This document shows, piece after piece, positions 25,601 to 37,900 of a DNA stretch of 64,000 nt (position 1 is its first letter; each line of letters opens with the position of its first letter). Below the pieces are notes generated by a model. The model was not told the DNA's origin. It ran no database searches and was given only the letters and a program-made list of their open reading frames with translations. A program made the translations under genes and the position numbers. The DNA is from Tubulanus polymorphus (lineage: Eukaryota; Animalia; Nemertea), in assembly GCF_964204645.1 (NCBI RefSeq), contig NC_134027.1, positions 5,860,485-5,924,484 on the forward strand. The letters are read 5' to 3'.

Positions 25601-28600
25601 ATATCATGACTACGAAAAACTTTAAGTATTCAAATTTATTTCAGAAGTTTGAGACCCTCGCGGTTTGAACAATTATCAATTTTTTTCAATTCACCTAAAA
25701 TCTCAAAGTTCACGTGAGACGGAATCACGTGATAACAGGTTACACATACATTTGAATGAGATGAACAATGAAACATACAAAAAAATGCCGGAATTCTCTT
25801 TTGTCATAGCTTTAGAGTTATTTAACGTCATTTAGAATTCAACAGACCGTGGAGGTATTATGTGTTACAACGATCGGGGAAGTGCAGAGCTGCATTCATG
25901 GTACTGTGATTATATCTAGACAAGTACCAAGACACAATGGCGCTGACACAAAACGTAATTTTTACCTTATATATGGAAGTAGGACGCTAAAAAATTGCAC
26001 CGGTTCAAGTCATTATATCGGCATCATTGAAAATCAAATCTAGGCCGAAGCTTTTCGTCATTTACCTTGACATCCGCTTTGGCCGTCGACGCAATTAGGT
26101 TAGAAGACCTGAATTGAATCACACAATATCTATCAAAGGCAAACGCATATAACTTATACGGCAAATCAAAAAATGAATAGAAAGTATCCGTCAAAAGAAA
26201 TACAATTCGTTAATACCGATGGATTCCAATTTACAAGGTTGTTCTTTGAAAAAACTGTTCCTTCCCAGCACTAACGATCCTTTACTTCTACTTCTGAAAA
26301 TACCTGCGACCATGGACTCTAAAACGATTTAGGAGTCCATGATGAAACTAACTATTGCATGCATTAGTTCTTATCATAGTTGGTTCGAATTTCCGTAAGA
26401 CGATCGACGATGGAAATATTGAGAAAAAATAACTCATCTTAGAATAAAATGGTTCCTAAATTTTACCAATGAATGATTTTGCATATTCTCTAGAAATGGT
26501 CCGGAATGGCAAAAAGCTCGAAGTGCCGTTAACAAGCCTATGATGAAGCAGAAAGTGATATTGAAATACCTGGACGATATGAACGAAGTAGTTGATGATG
26601 CTGTGCGCAGGTTTAAGCTTTACCGTAACGGAGAAAAAGTCATGCCCGATTTAGATCAGGAATTTTTTCACTGGTCTATTGAATGTAAGTGTTAATCCTT
26701 TGTTAAGAAATATGCATGCAGCTTTCAAAATTCGTGCGCTAGTTTGGAATATGTAAAAGATAGTAAATTTCCTATACAATATAATCTGATTCATTGCGTT
26801 TAAATTTTCGTAGCTGTCGGGACCGTTATGTTTGAAACACGTCTCGGATGTTTGGAGGACCAACGACCCCAAATTGCGACGGATTTTGTGCAAAGTGTCA
26901 GGAAGATTCTGGCGCCGAATAAATTGCTTTTCGTCAATCCTGGCCTGGCTAGAAAACTAGGTTTACGTTGTTGGAAGGAACACGAAGCCGCCTGGGATAA
27001 GATATATGAGATAGGTAATTTGTCAACGGGAATAATATCTATAGCGAAACATACAGAAACCAAAATAACCAGATCATTTCCCATTTGCAATGTCATTTTA
27101 TAAGTACATGTACCTACGTGTATTCCTGCATTACTTTGTTCTAATTATTCTATGTTTGACTTAAAAAATGCATTATGTTTATTCATTGATTATTATTACT
27201 CACCCCCAGCCGTCCTTGGCGGCCTGTAGGCCTATTTTATAAGGTAGTACTAAAAGTACCACCTGCTGAATACGAATGTCATATTTCGATTCACAATTAA
27301 ATAACTGATGACGTCGTGATATTGATTGGAAAATGGCAGCAGTATGCGGTGCATAATTTTTTGTTGTCTTATGTTGGGCGAGAAAAACCGCCGGTTTTAT
27401 CTGCCTCGGAGTATGCGAACGATACAACATTTCGTTATTCGTTCTAGGCAAAGTTGTTATTGAGAAGAGAATGATTGAGATGGATGAAGAGAGGAAACGT
27501 GGTAAAGAGGTAGAAGGAGTGTTGGTTAGTTTATTAGAAAACGCTGATACTAACGATCCTGTTATGGTAAACACTTTGGTTACTGATCTATTTCTCGGAG
27601 CAGTTGACACGGTATGTATGATAAGTTTATAGGGTGGCTTTATAGCTGATGTCAAAATAATGCAACAAAAAGAAACACATACGGCATAACACTTTGAAAA
27701 AACTGAATTATCTTATTTACAGTCACCAAATACAATGCAGTTCGCTTTACTGCTACTGGCAAAAAACCGCGACAAGCAGGAAAAACTTCGTCGAGAAATA
27801 AACAATATTGTGAAACCGGGCTCCATCGTTAAAGCCAAAGATTTGCAATCTTTGCCTTTTTTGAAGGCTATATTCAAAGAAGCACTAAGGTAATTATTGA
27901 AATTACTCGAGGTATTTAATCATTTATATGATTGATATGTTGAATATTATTTTTCATTCGATTAGAATGTATCCAATAGTACCGACGTTTGGGAAGATTT
28001 ACACACAAGAAATGACCATTAGGGATTACAAGATTCCTGCAGATGTACGTTGCTTGCACTTATAATTCTACGTCTAGTAAAACGATCGTTTAATTTACAA
28101 TAGTTGCCCATAATTTTGGGGCTTGGAAAATAGAAATGACTAATTGGGTCGTTGCCTCTATTTCTAGACTATGGTTAACGTCGTGTGCTGTGCTATGGGC
28201 AGGGATCCTAAACTGTTCAAGGATCCGGAGATTTTCCGCCCCGAACGATGGCTCAAAGACGGAGAAGAAAAGGAGGATATCCATCCATTCTCCAGCATTC
28301 CATTTGGATACGGCAAAAGATCATGTATTGGTGAGTTAAATAACTAACTGTTTTTATGATTGCGTCACAAATATTGTAGTAAAAAAAAAACATATTTCAT
28401 CACATAAGAAACATTAAAAAGTACGCATATGTTTGCTTTTTTTAAATTCGAGGATAACGTCACATTCCATTATGTGCTGAAGTACTCCTCCACATAAATG
28501 CACAGGTTGATCTATTTTGTTTCGCTGATCATAATCAATGCTAATTCGACATTGTGATCAGTTCAGATTGGTCATTATCTTTGTCAAGAATATTCATTTG

Positions 28601-29020
28601 ACAAAAAAAACAATGGTATTTTTATCACATTGCAGGTCGACGAATAGCTGAATTACAGATGTACCTACTTCTCGCTCGAGTAAGTATTAGACAGAGCATT
28701 TTTTCCAGTCGCAGGTCATTCACCCATTCATTCCAAAACAGAAGCAGAAGTTGGTTGTACATTGCCGATAGTACCGTACATGTAATCTTTCCAGTTGACG
28801 TTCATTGAATTTTGCAAATTCATTGGAAAGAGGACCTTTGCCCGTTACGACTTTCGATGTTTCCTTCAAACCTTTTTCATCTTGACCGTTATTTTTCCTG
28901 TTGCAGTTAACGCAGTCGTTTGACATTCATCCGACAGATGGCGACAAACCTATCGAAGCGAAGGTGAAACTTTTGATGTGTCCGAAAACCACCCCCTTGC
29001 TTCGATTCGATGATATCTGA
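22667..29020 (+). CDS. Cytochrome P450, mitochondrial clan (CYP27/CYP24/CYP10/CYP49-like), 9 exons, about 540 aa
   Basis: Exons 22667-23166, 26494-26684, 26814-27014, 27448-27611, 27723-27889, 27966-28044, 28168-28330, 28636-28679, 28907-29020. All introns are GT-AG and the total is 1623 nt in frame. Motifs: Arg/Ser/Thr-rich acid-free N-terminus (mitochondrial-presequence-like), IPGP, GPEWQKAR (WxxxR), I-helix DLFLGAVDT, K-helix LKAIFKEALR (ExxR), FRPERW, heme loop PFGYGKRSCIGRR. Confidence 0.93.
23292..23577. mobile_element. MITE-like insertion in P450 intron 1
   Basis: Left GGTGTCCTCAAG versus right CTCGAGGACGCC (reverse complement GGCGTCCTCGAG, 10/12 match). AT-rich non-coding interior. 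Confidence 0.45.
26311..26341. repeat. Short imperfect palindrome (hairpin mini-repeat)
   Basis: CATGGACTC-TAAA-ACGA-TTTA-G-GAGTCCATG. One arm (CCATGGACTC) recurs near 10057. Confidence 0.55.
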
Positions 29021-30931
29021 TTCGACCAACCATGGAAGTCGAAATTAAATCCATCAAAATGAAAGAAAATCTGATTGTTATGGTGGCTGATTCGGACAAT
29101 ACTAAAATATTTTTCTGTACGGCTGGAGGCGCGATATAAAATTTTAGCCTTGGCTAATTTTTTGTTTTCTCACGCGAGAAATCAAAACTTTTCGGTTTTC
29201 TCGCGTTTAATCAGCCACCACAGATTGTGAAGAGTAGAGGAGTTATTTATTATTAAAGAAATTTGTTAATTCTAAATGAATGTAAGGTATATGTTTTAGC
29301 CGCATGGCGCAGTATTTTCAGAAGGCAGCATTTTACTATAAACTGACGTCTCGCAGCTAAATATCTATCAATACTGTCTTGGGCAACCTTTCGTTTGGCA
29401 TGAGCTTTTCTGTGAATGTGTTGCGTAACATATGTTTCGTCTAATGTATTTTTGAACTTGTTTTCTGCAAAAAGCTAATTTCAACAAACCAATTGTGCTA
29501 ATGTTTAGATGTACATTTGTACATAGAACTTTCATTATTTCATCACTTGTTTCAATTCATGATGTGCTTTCCAGAAATGAATATAGTATGTGCTACTTTG
29601 TTCTTCCAAAATATCGAATGTGCTATTACCAGACGAGTGACCACTGATTAAAAGGTTGATTAAAAAGTTGTACGCCGCATGTTTGTATTAAAACACTAGG
29701 GTGAAAAGAATGTCATCGACCTCAAACACTCAATCTTTTTGTTTCAAGTAGGGAGTTGAAAATAGAACATCTGTTTCAAGTAAGGATATGGTTACCGGTA
29801 TTGTGGTGGTTAGGCACCAATTCATTTTGATCATAGATTGGAAATCATAACCAACTAATGGAAGTATATGAATGCTATGAAATTGTTAAATTTACTAGTT
29901 CATACAAAAACAAACTGTTATAATGATTGAGAAAATCCTGTTTTGGAGAAAGGGAATTCCATTCTGAGCTGATCAAAATACAGATAGTACTAAAAGCTTA
30001 ATCATGGAAGCGATTGGGGACATTATTCGAGAAACATAGAAGGATATTTTGTGTAAAGTTATTATCATAAATTCATTTTTGAATTAAGAGTGGATATTTT
30101 CGATTTATTGTCGAGTTATCATCTCAACGTTAAAAATGCTTAAACTATCGTTCATATGTAATCATAGATTACGTATTTATGTATTGTAAATAACGTAGGT
30201 AAAAATGGTGGAAGAAATACATGCGAGATCTATAGCAATTTAATTCATTCTGGTATCACTTTACCGGACCAAAACATGGTGTGATTTCGAAAATCATAAT
30301 ATGAACCATATCATACGAGGTCAAATATTAAGAATCTCTAATTACCCGCAGTAGAAATGTAGTGTATAGTCACATGTGAACAGGGTAAACGTTGTCTGAG
30401 CTGTATATATGCTATGTATATTATACGATACCGGTGGGCATTGCAGAAACAATAGGACGTGATTCTCAGTTTTATTGTGATTGTATTACAGTATTATGTA
30501 TTATGTACGTCTGTCTTGGCTTCAAATACTTATCAACCAGATCGTCGATGCCGTCGACGAAGCTTGGATTACAGGTATTTGAAACTGAAACCGAATGTAT
30601 GTTCGTTGTTGAAATAATTAATGATTATATATATATACACGTATTTTTATTCGCTGTAAAAATATATATATGCATCTGTAAAAGAAGTTGTCCTTTTTGT
30701 ATATCTTATGACATTTTATTTAAACCTTTCAAAATAACCAAACAGATTTTGCCGGGTTTACGCGGGAGATGTAACGCACTGTCGATTGACAACACAGGCC
30801 AATCCAGTGATTGGAATTACTAGAGTGAATATCGATCGAATGGATAAGAAAACTCGACGAAATGCAAATCGTTTCTTTATTCGAATGCTAACGTTCTCAA
30901 GACGCCATTGTTCGATAGATTTGCTAGTTTA

Positions 30932-32548
30932 TTATTCACTCTCATCTGATGGTAAAAACTCGATTGGAGGACAATCGTTGAAATCACAATTTACGACGCA
31001 ATCGAACGGACATTCTCGCAACTCTAACCCCTTTCGATTGTACATTTCTTCGAAAAAGAATTCGGAGAAACTCACAAACTCCAGAAGTCTTTTTGGTAAG
31101 GGTAGTTTCAAGACTTTCTTCGGCGCATATTTGCCCAAGGAAGCCCAAATTCTGGCGCGGCAAATGTATTGTAGTGGCATAGGATTCGAACTACGAGCGA
31201 ATAGCCACGAGCACAGATGAGGTTTGTGATACAGCGAAAGCGTGATCACCCGGTTCTTTAACCACGATTCATTGAGAAACAGAGGGTTCAGTTCCGAAAG
31301 AAGTCTCCCTAATGTAAATAAACCTTCGGCCATAGCTGCTTGGAAATACGACGGTTTTTGATGGTCAGACTTCACGAACAAAGGACAGCCCCAGTGGACC
31401 AAAGTCATTGCACATTCTTCACTGTGGACTGCAATGGCGTGTTCTAGTGGCGTTTCGGCCCATTTGTATTTTTTCTCGAAACTGTATCCAAATTGGATGA
31501 GAATGCTCACCATTCTTGGTACTTGATGCGCGATTGCCAATGTCATCGCGGTGACACCGTTCCGCGATTGGCCGTGCAAGTCGATTTTTTGTTCAAGAAG
31601 GAATTGACAAATATCATAACGCCTGTACGCCACTGCGTAGTGCAAAGCCGAAAAGCCTGATTCTGTCCTAGCTTCGATGTGACAAAGGGAATTCACTAAT
31701 AGTTCGCATATTTTCAAATTATTCAGTTGAACAGCCCTGAAAATTTACAAAAGTGAATTACAGAAATTGTTGGTCATTGTGGTTAATAAGAAATTATGAA
31801 GTAATGTACGTACTTGATAAGCGGCGATTCTGCTTCCGAGTCGAAACCCAACTGACGTAGATTCACGTCTGCTTTAGCATGTATGAGAAGTTGGCAAATT
31901 GGCGCCGAATTCCTCATAATCGAAGTGAACAATGGTGTCATTCCTGTCCGAATAAAAGAAATTGTTCATTTTCATGAACTAGTGTTTTGGTGTTTTTTTT
32001 TCGTACACTCCGTTTGGGAATTCAGTGTCGAAGGGGGAATCGATACTGAATGACACACGTATCATATACCTGTTATAGGGTCAAGAAAGTCGACTTCCAC
32101 TTTTTTTCGTTTAAGCAAGATCTCTACTATTTCAACATTGCTGAGATTGGTAGCAATCCTAGTGGAAAGATACGAAAATTTCGTACAGTTTAATCTATAT
32201 CAGTACATACGTAACTATCTAAACAAATTAATTTACCAACCAGATTGGTCGCCGACCCTTTCTATTAGTCAAATTCACATCAGGAGTTTTCGGTTTTGCC
32301 TTGAATAAAGTTTTTACCATTTCTAGATCACCATTTTGACATGCGATTATCAATGCCGTGGGGCGAGTTTTGTCAGTGGTGTCTACAACGTTGATATTCG
32401 GCAGTTCATTCCGACGCAGTATCGCTCGTACAGTCCTAACGTTACCAGCCCTCACCGCATCGAAGAAAGCTCTGATTATGGGAAGCTGTTTACCTCTACG
32501 ACCAGGTGACATGTTACTCTTGCGTTCAACAGATCCGATTGACGACAT
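30932..32548 (-). CDS. Ankyrin repeat and SOCS box protein (ASB-like E3 ligase adaptor), 4 exons, about 443 aa
   Basis: Exons 32548-32241, 32158-32070, 31943-31814, 31736-30932 (GT-AG, 1332 nt in frame). Ankyrin repeats include TALIIACQNGDLEMVKTLF, GMTPLFTSI, ESPLIKAVQ, GFSALHYAV, GVTAMTLAI, ETPLEHAI. C-terminal SOCS box PMPLQYICRARIWASLG...LPLPKRLLEFV. Confidence 0.9.
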
Positions 32549-34973
32549 TTCAACGAATCAATCACTCTTCAGGGCGTATTTCTTCACCATTCCGAGGAAG
32601 AAACTGTACCCGGTACCTTATCAATAATATCCTTCTGACTAGTTGCTCCTCACTGGCCGTATATATTACGAGTGTTGAAAAAACTACGCTTACTACGAGA
32701 ACATATATGCATATGCACGCGTTTGAATGTCGTAAAAACCAGTTATAATCGGCAAACACCACAACAAATCCATGAATAAATATTCACGCTATGCGGTAAC
32801 GACTTTGAATAAAACCTAATGACGAAGTAGAACTGAAATATTCTAATCCACCGGAGACAAACAGCTACTTTAAATGGACATTTCCAAATCCAGTTCCGCA
32901 TGCATTCTGTATAATCGCGAGTTGAATGAATATTATCAAATTCCCGGTCAGCTTCTCAACTCTGAGAATCTTCTTCAAAAGATTCTCTCTTGATTCATTC
33001 ATTCACCTCACCTTGTTCGGACATGACTAAGTCGGACAAGAACCAAATCGATTTTGCGACATTCTTACGTATTTTCCCATCCTTAAATCGGGCCAATTGT
33101 GCCAGGCCCAGTTAGGTGAGGTTTACTGCATCTGTTCAACTCTTCAAGTCAGATTTAAGTCACACATAAAGGTCAGTATCTAATCCAAAAGTCTTCTCGG
33201 GTTCAGAGTTCGAAGATAGGTTCGGACTATCCCAGAGTGGCCAGTGATAAAAAAAGCAAAAAGATTATTACAAGAACAAAAACTTGATTACGTCGAATAA
33301 TTTCACACGGCATTTTATTGATTTCATAGAAACATCTATATCACGAATTTCAAACTTAGACAACACGTCAGAGCAATAGCGCAATGAGTAACAAAGAGCA
33401 ACAGGACACAAATTTCATTTTTTCAAAAAATGCCATCATCGAGGGAATTGTCCCGCTTATGCAGCCTCGAACTTTTAACACTGACGCAAATTTTAATGCG
33501 ATAAATACTTAATTCATTCATCAATACGAACCTTAAGTCAATAACAGCATAAATAAATATTACATAAATGAACCACTGAAAAAGCAACAAGGTGGTCTTC
33601 ATATAGTTATCATTAAACTACATTCATTAAACCACGCAGGTCATCAGGAGCAAACAATCTAACCCCATACGTCAAGCGAGCCATCAGTTCGTTAAACCGT
33701 CATCATCATAACATAGGACCCGGAATTTCTAATAATGAATACGAAAATAAATACGAAATTAAAGTGGAACGATCAACATCAGTACGTATATGACCGTCAT
33801 ACATCCCGCGCCTAGACGTGAAAAATCGGGTCAAAACGAACTATCAGTGACCATATTACGCGTGGTCATTTCGGGTCGATAAAAAAGCGTAAACCAGGTT
33901 CTAAAATGAACATTTCTTTGTTTCGAAAACCCGGTACGCAATTATTAAAACAGACTATTGAAAATGCATACATAATAGGCAGCTTTATCAGATACAACAC
34001 TGTCGAGTTATATCACAAATCCGAATTTCTGTAAATAAAGCGAGTCTAAAGCATAATCTATCGCTGTATTGTTCATAAATAAATCTTTAAACGAGTAACC
34101 ATCCTACATTTGTCGAGAAATATACGCATCAATTGGCTATAAAAATATTTTATCTCTTACTTCCGATAGAAATTAATGACAGCTCTAAAATGCCGGTACA
34201 TAAATAATACATTTTTCTTGAAACACCACTATTTCTTTTGGAAGAACATCTGTCAATTTGATTGAATTTCAATCGAAGCAACATAAGTATTAAACCTACA
34301 GTTTTGTTTAGCATCAGAGCTGAACCGAATCCCCAAGTGTAGCTAAGTGAATTCTAATCAAATGAACTACAACATCACATTCAGAAATTTCAGGCCAAAT
34401 GGAGACCCATCTGCTATACAAGATTTTGGCATAAAATTATGTGAGCAAGCTAGCACAGATCACAGCGATAGAAACATATGTACCATTTGTGAAATAAAAT
34501 GAACACGATTTGCATAAATTTTCTTGTACAGTAGACCTTCGTTACGACGAATGAGTGACCTCAAGATTGGAAGGCTAGTTGCCTACTTCATTGCTGGGTA
34601 CTTTCATTTTGATAAATAGTTAACATACATGCGGTATAGCAAAGCTCTACAGTAGACAAGCAGTTGTTAGTTTTACTTGCAACTGCGTCATAAATTAAAC
34701 GATGCTTCAATGCAGAAAAAGATTCAATTTAACTCCAAAATAATGCCTACGAAGAGGAGCAGATAAACATTATTCAATTAATTGATTTATTTTTCCAAGA
34801 TTTTCCAAGGCATTGCCTCAATATGGTTGAAATCATGAACCTGAAACTGGTTTGAGACACTAATGTCTATCTGCTACTTTGCTGTAGACATTTTTGCATT
34901 AAATGTACAACCGTACATTTGCAATGTACAGAAATATGAAATACAATTATATATTGTATATTTAACTAGTTTT

Positions 34974-37900
34974 TTAGTCGTTTTTTGACTTTCCTTTGAT
35001 GTCATCTTCGTGCTTGCATTTACTGACAATTCGGTTGAAGCTTTCGATGTAAATCAGACCGACGGCTCGAAATATCCCCATTGTAAATATCTAAGATACA
35101 AGAATTTCACACATTTCTTTAAGGTTTTCAGCATTCCAAATTTGAATAGCTCGAAAGTATAGTAAGCTTTAGGTATACATCTATTACCTGCTGTAATGCT
35201 TCAAGGATATTTGTGGTCGGGGACATACCAGCTGTAACATTAGATAGCATCCAACCATCTAAACCAATTGCACATGTAAACCGACCATTCTACAAAAAAT
35301 CATTGTATTCAACGATAGACCAAGATGTTAAACACAAGCAAATTATTTGTTTTGATGAGTATCGTAATGTGAAAAATCCCCTCGGAGAAATTGAATGAGA
35401 TTTCAGAAAAGCAACATTATTAATTTCTAGAGGCTTACCACTGCACTGTTTACGATAGATTTGGCCACTTCGTCGGGTTGGTAAAGACCGGCAGTCTCAG
35501 ATATAAGCCTCGTCTCTCTAGGCTGAAAAAAAAAACAGTACCAAAAAATAAAAGTAGAAAACGCAAGTTTCAATGCTATATAAAGCGTATCCAGGTCTCT
35601 ATAGATCTACCTTGCATTTATTCTCCTCTTCGAAACCAGGTGTATCGGTATCTGGCGGATATGCTAATGTGATATGAACATTATAAGGCTTCAGCTATAA
35701 TGAAGAATCAATTCTGTTTACCAGTAATGCTCCAAATGAGAAAAAATCTTTTACAATATCAAAGAACCTTTATCATTCAACAGGGGCGGATCTAGGAAAA
35801 TTATAATTTGCGAGAGGATGAGTGTAAAATTTATAGCTTTTAACAATGTCGGTGTAGATGAAAAGGGCCACCTCAATGGGAAGGCAGGGCTACAAGCCTC
35901 CCAGTCACTTCCTAAATCTGCCTCTGATCATAACTATAAATAAGAAGGGAAGTGACTGAGAAATTGGAGACAGATACAGTCTAATAACATACCTCCATCT
36001 GAAGTGATTCGGCAAAACCTCGTAATGCAAACTTTGAAGCCGAGTAGGCCGAGAAACCGAACAGACCGACCTGACCGGCTTGGGAGGATACATAGACAAT
36101 ACGACCATGATGTCGTTCTTTCATCACTTTAATTACTGCTCGCGTGGAATGGACGCAACCAAAATAATTCACCGACATCAATCTCTATTATTCATAAAAA
36201 TACCATACATTACAATAAAACTGCCAATTTAGAATACATTTCTGAACTAACAGGCCTTATCCAGTTTAATTTCACTTGTTGGATTTGTAAGCTTAATAGG
36301 GAAATATTCTAGAAATTCAGATGCAACAAACCTTGATGTCTTCAAGCTCCAGATCCTCACACCGACCAGCGATTGAAAATCCGGCAGAATTTATCAAAGC
36401 ATCAACGGGACCAAGCTTATCTTGAGCCTAAGATTAAAGCAACAGTTGAAATGGTGATAGTATTTTATCGTTTAAACAAATTCCAAAGGAAACTAGTGTA
36501 CAATACATACCTGATTGACAGCTTTTTCCACAGACTCAAAATCAGATGCTACATCGACAGAATATATCAACACTTTCTGTAACAGAATTGAGCTTCAAGG
36601 ATCATTTTCACAGAGGAAGACTTGCTTTACAACATACAACAGTGTTCGCATCATACAACATTCTCGCTTTAAGTTATTTAGATCTAGGTTTCCCAAGACT
36701 ATCCCTGTTGGATTGCAATAACAGCATCAAATGTAGGCTTGTTGCATATATTACTTGTGTAGCCGGTACGCGTCCGCGATTTAGTGTCATCCTCTGGTAG
36801 CGACCGATAGGTGTCGTGATCTTCAGGTCTCCTCAATAAGCGTGGCTACAGGGTCCGCCTTGGTCCTGTAGTCCCGGGGAGTGGAACTACAAAGGGGAAA
36901 TCCTCAGAAAGTTTCCGCCGAAGGGATGGACAGCTTCAGAGACAAAAAGTTTATAGTTCGTAAAAAAGGAATAGGAGAGAAGGAAGCGAGTGTCAGAGGT
37001 AAGTCTTAGCTATTGACCCAATTACACGGACCAGACAGGACAGGTGTCCGCCATGAGGTCTATCGAGTCAGGGCCCTTGACTCGATGTCGGAACCTCACA
37101 GTCACCCGAGCTCCGGCGCATCTTTTCCTCAGGTCCTCGAGGTGTAACATCATATCGAGTGCCTCCCTGCACGATCTCCTCCTCCTGGCGTAGTATCTTG
37201 CCCCCATCTATGTGTCTAAAGACACCCCGACACTCGCCACTTCATTAAGAATAAGATTTATAAACCTGGCCTCAAGAAAGTGGATCCTACTTCGTCCAGA
37301 AGCCACCCCCCACGACAGTGATAAGTCTTGTATTGAATAATATAGAAAATTATTATTTCAGAAACGGATAACTACTGTATAATTTATATACATATTTACA
37401 TATTGCACGTGAAGTTTTTATCACAATAATTGAATTGTACACCTCATTCAAATAAAAAAAAAGGTTAAATAAATTGTTTCAAAATAAATCATAATCTATC
37501 TTAGTTATAAATTATTTATAATCTATAAAAGGGCTAGTGCAAGGATCTCTCCTTCCTTGCAAAAATCCACGATTAATGACTCAATGGTCGCTAAATTTAG
37601 GCCCACGAAGACCCAAAATAATGCTCATGCCATGGCATAAAAGTAAAAAGGTAAAAGGAAAAAGCCGCCAGGTTGACTATTCCCGATGGATTAAAAATAG
37701 GTACATATCGTCGAGTTGACTAACGTCAGAGCCCGGCCTGACCTGGGTTGCCCCAGGCCAGGAGAGCGCGTGTTATTGTTTACCTCAAATCAATGTGGGT
37801 CGAGACGAGAGTGACGTTTGCGCGCGCTGACCCATTTTTATAGATTCCGCGCAGTGTGACGTCACCGTGCATGGAGGATGACGTCACACAGCACAAAAAC

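Noticed and set aside
19420-33130. GAGGTTTACTG(T/C)A ends at about 19610 and 33118, suggesting TACAGT-type MITEs
   Set aside because: The matching left termini are too decayed to define boundaries reliably.
37537-37719. Plus-strand 60-aa ORF duplicated in both LTRs
   Set aside because: Non-ATG start, no motif, and the duplication is simply a consequence of the LTR repeat.
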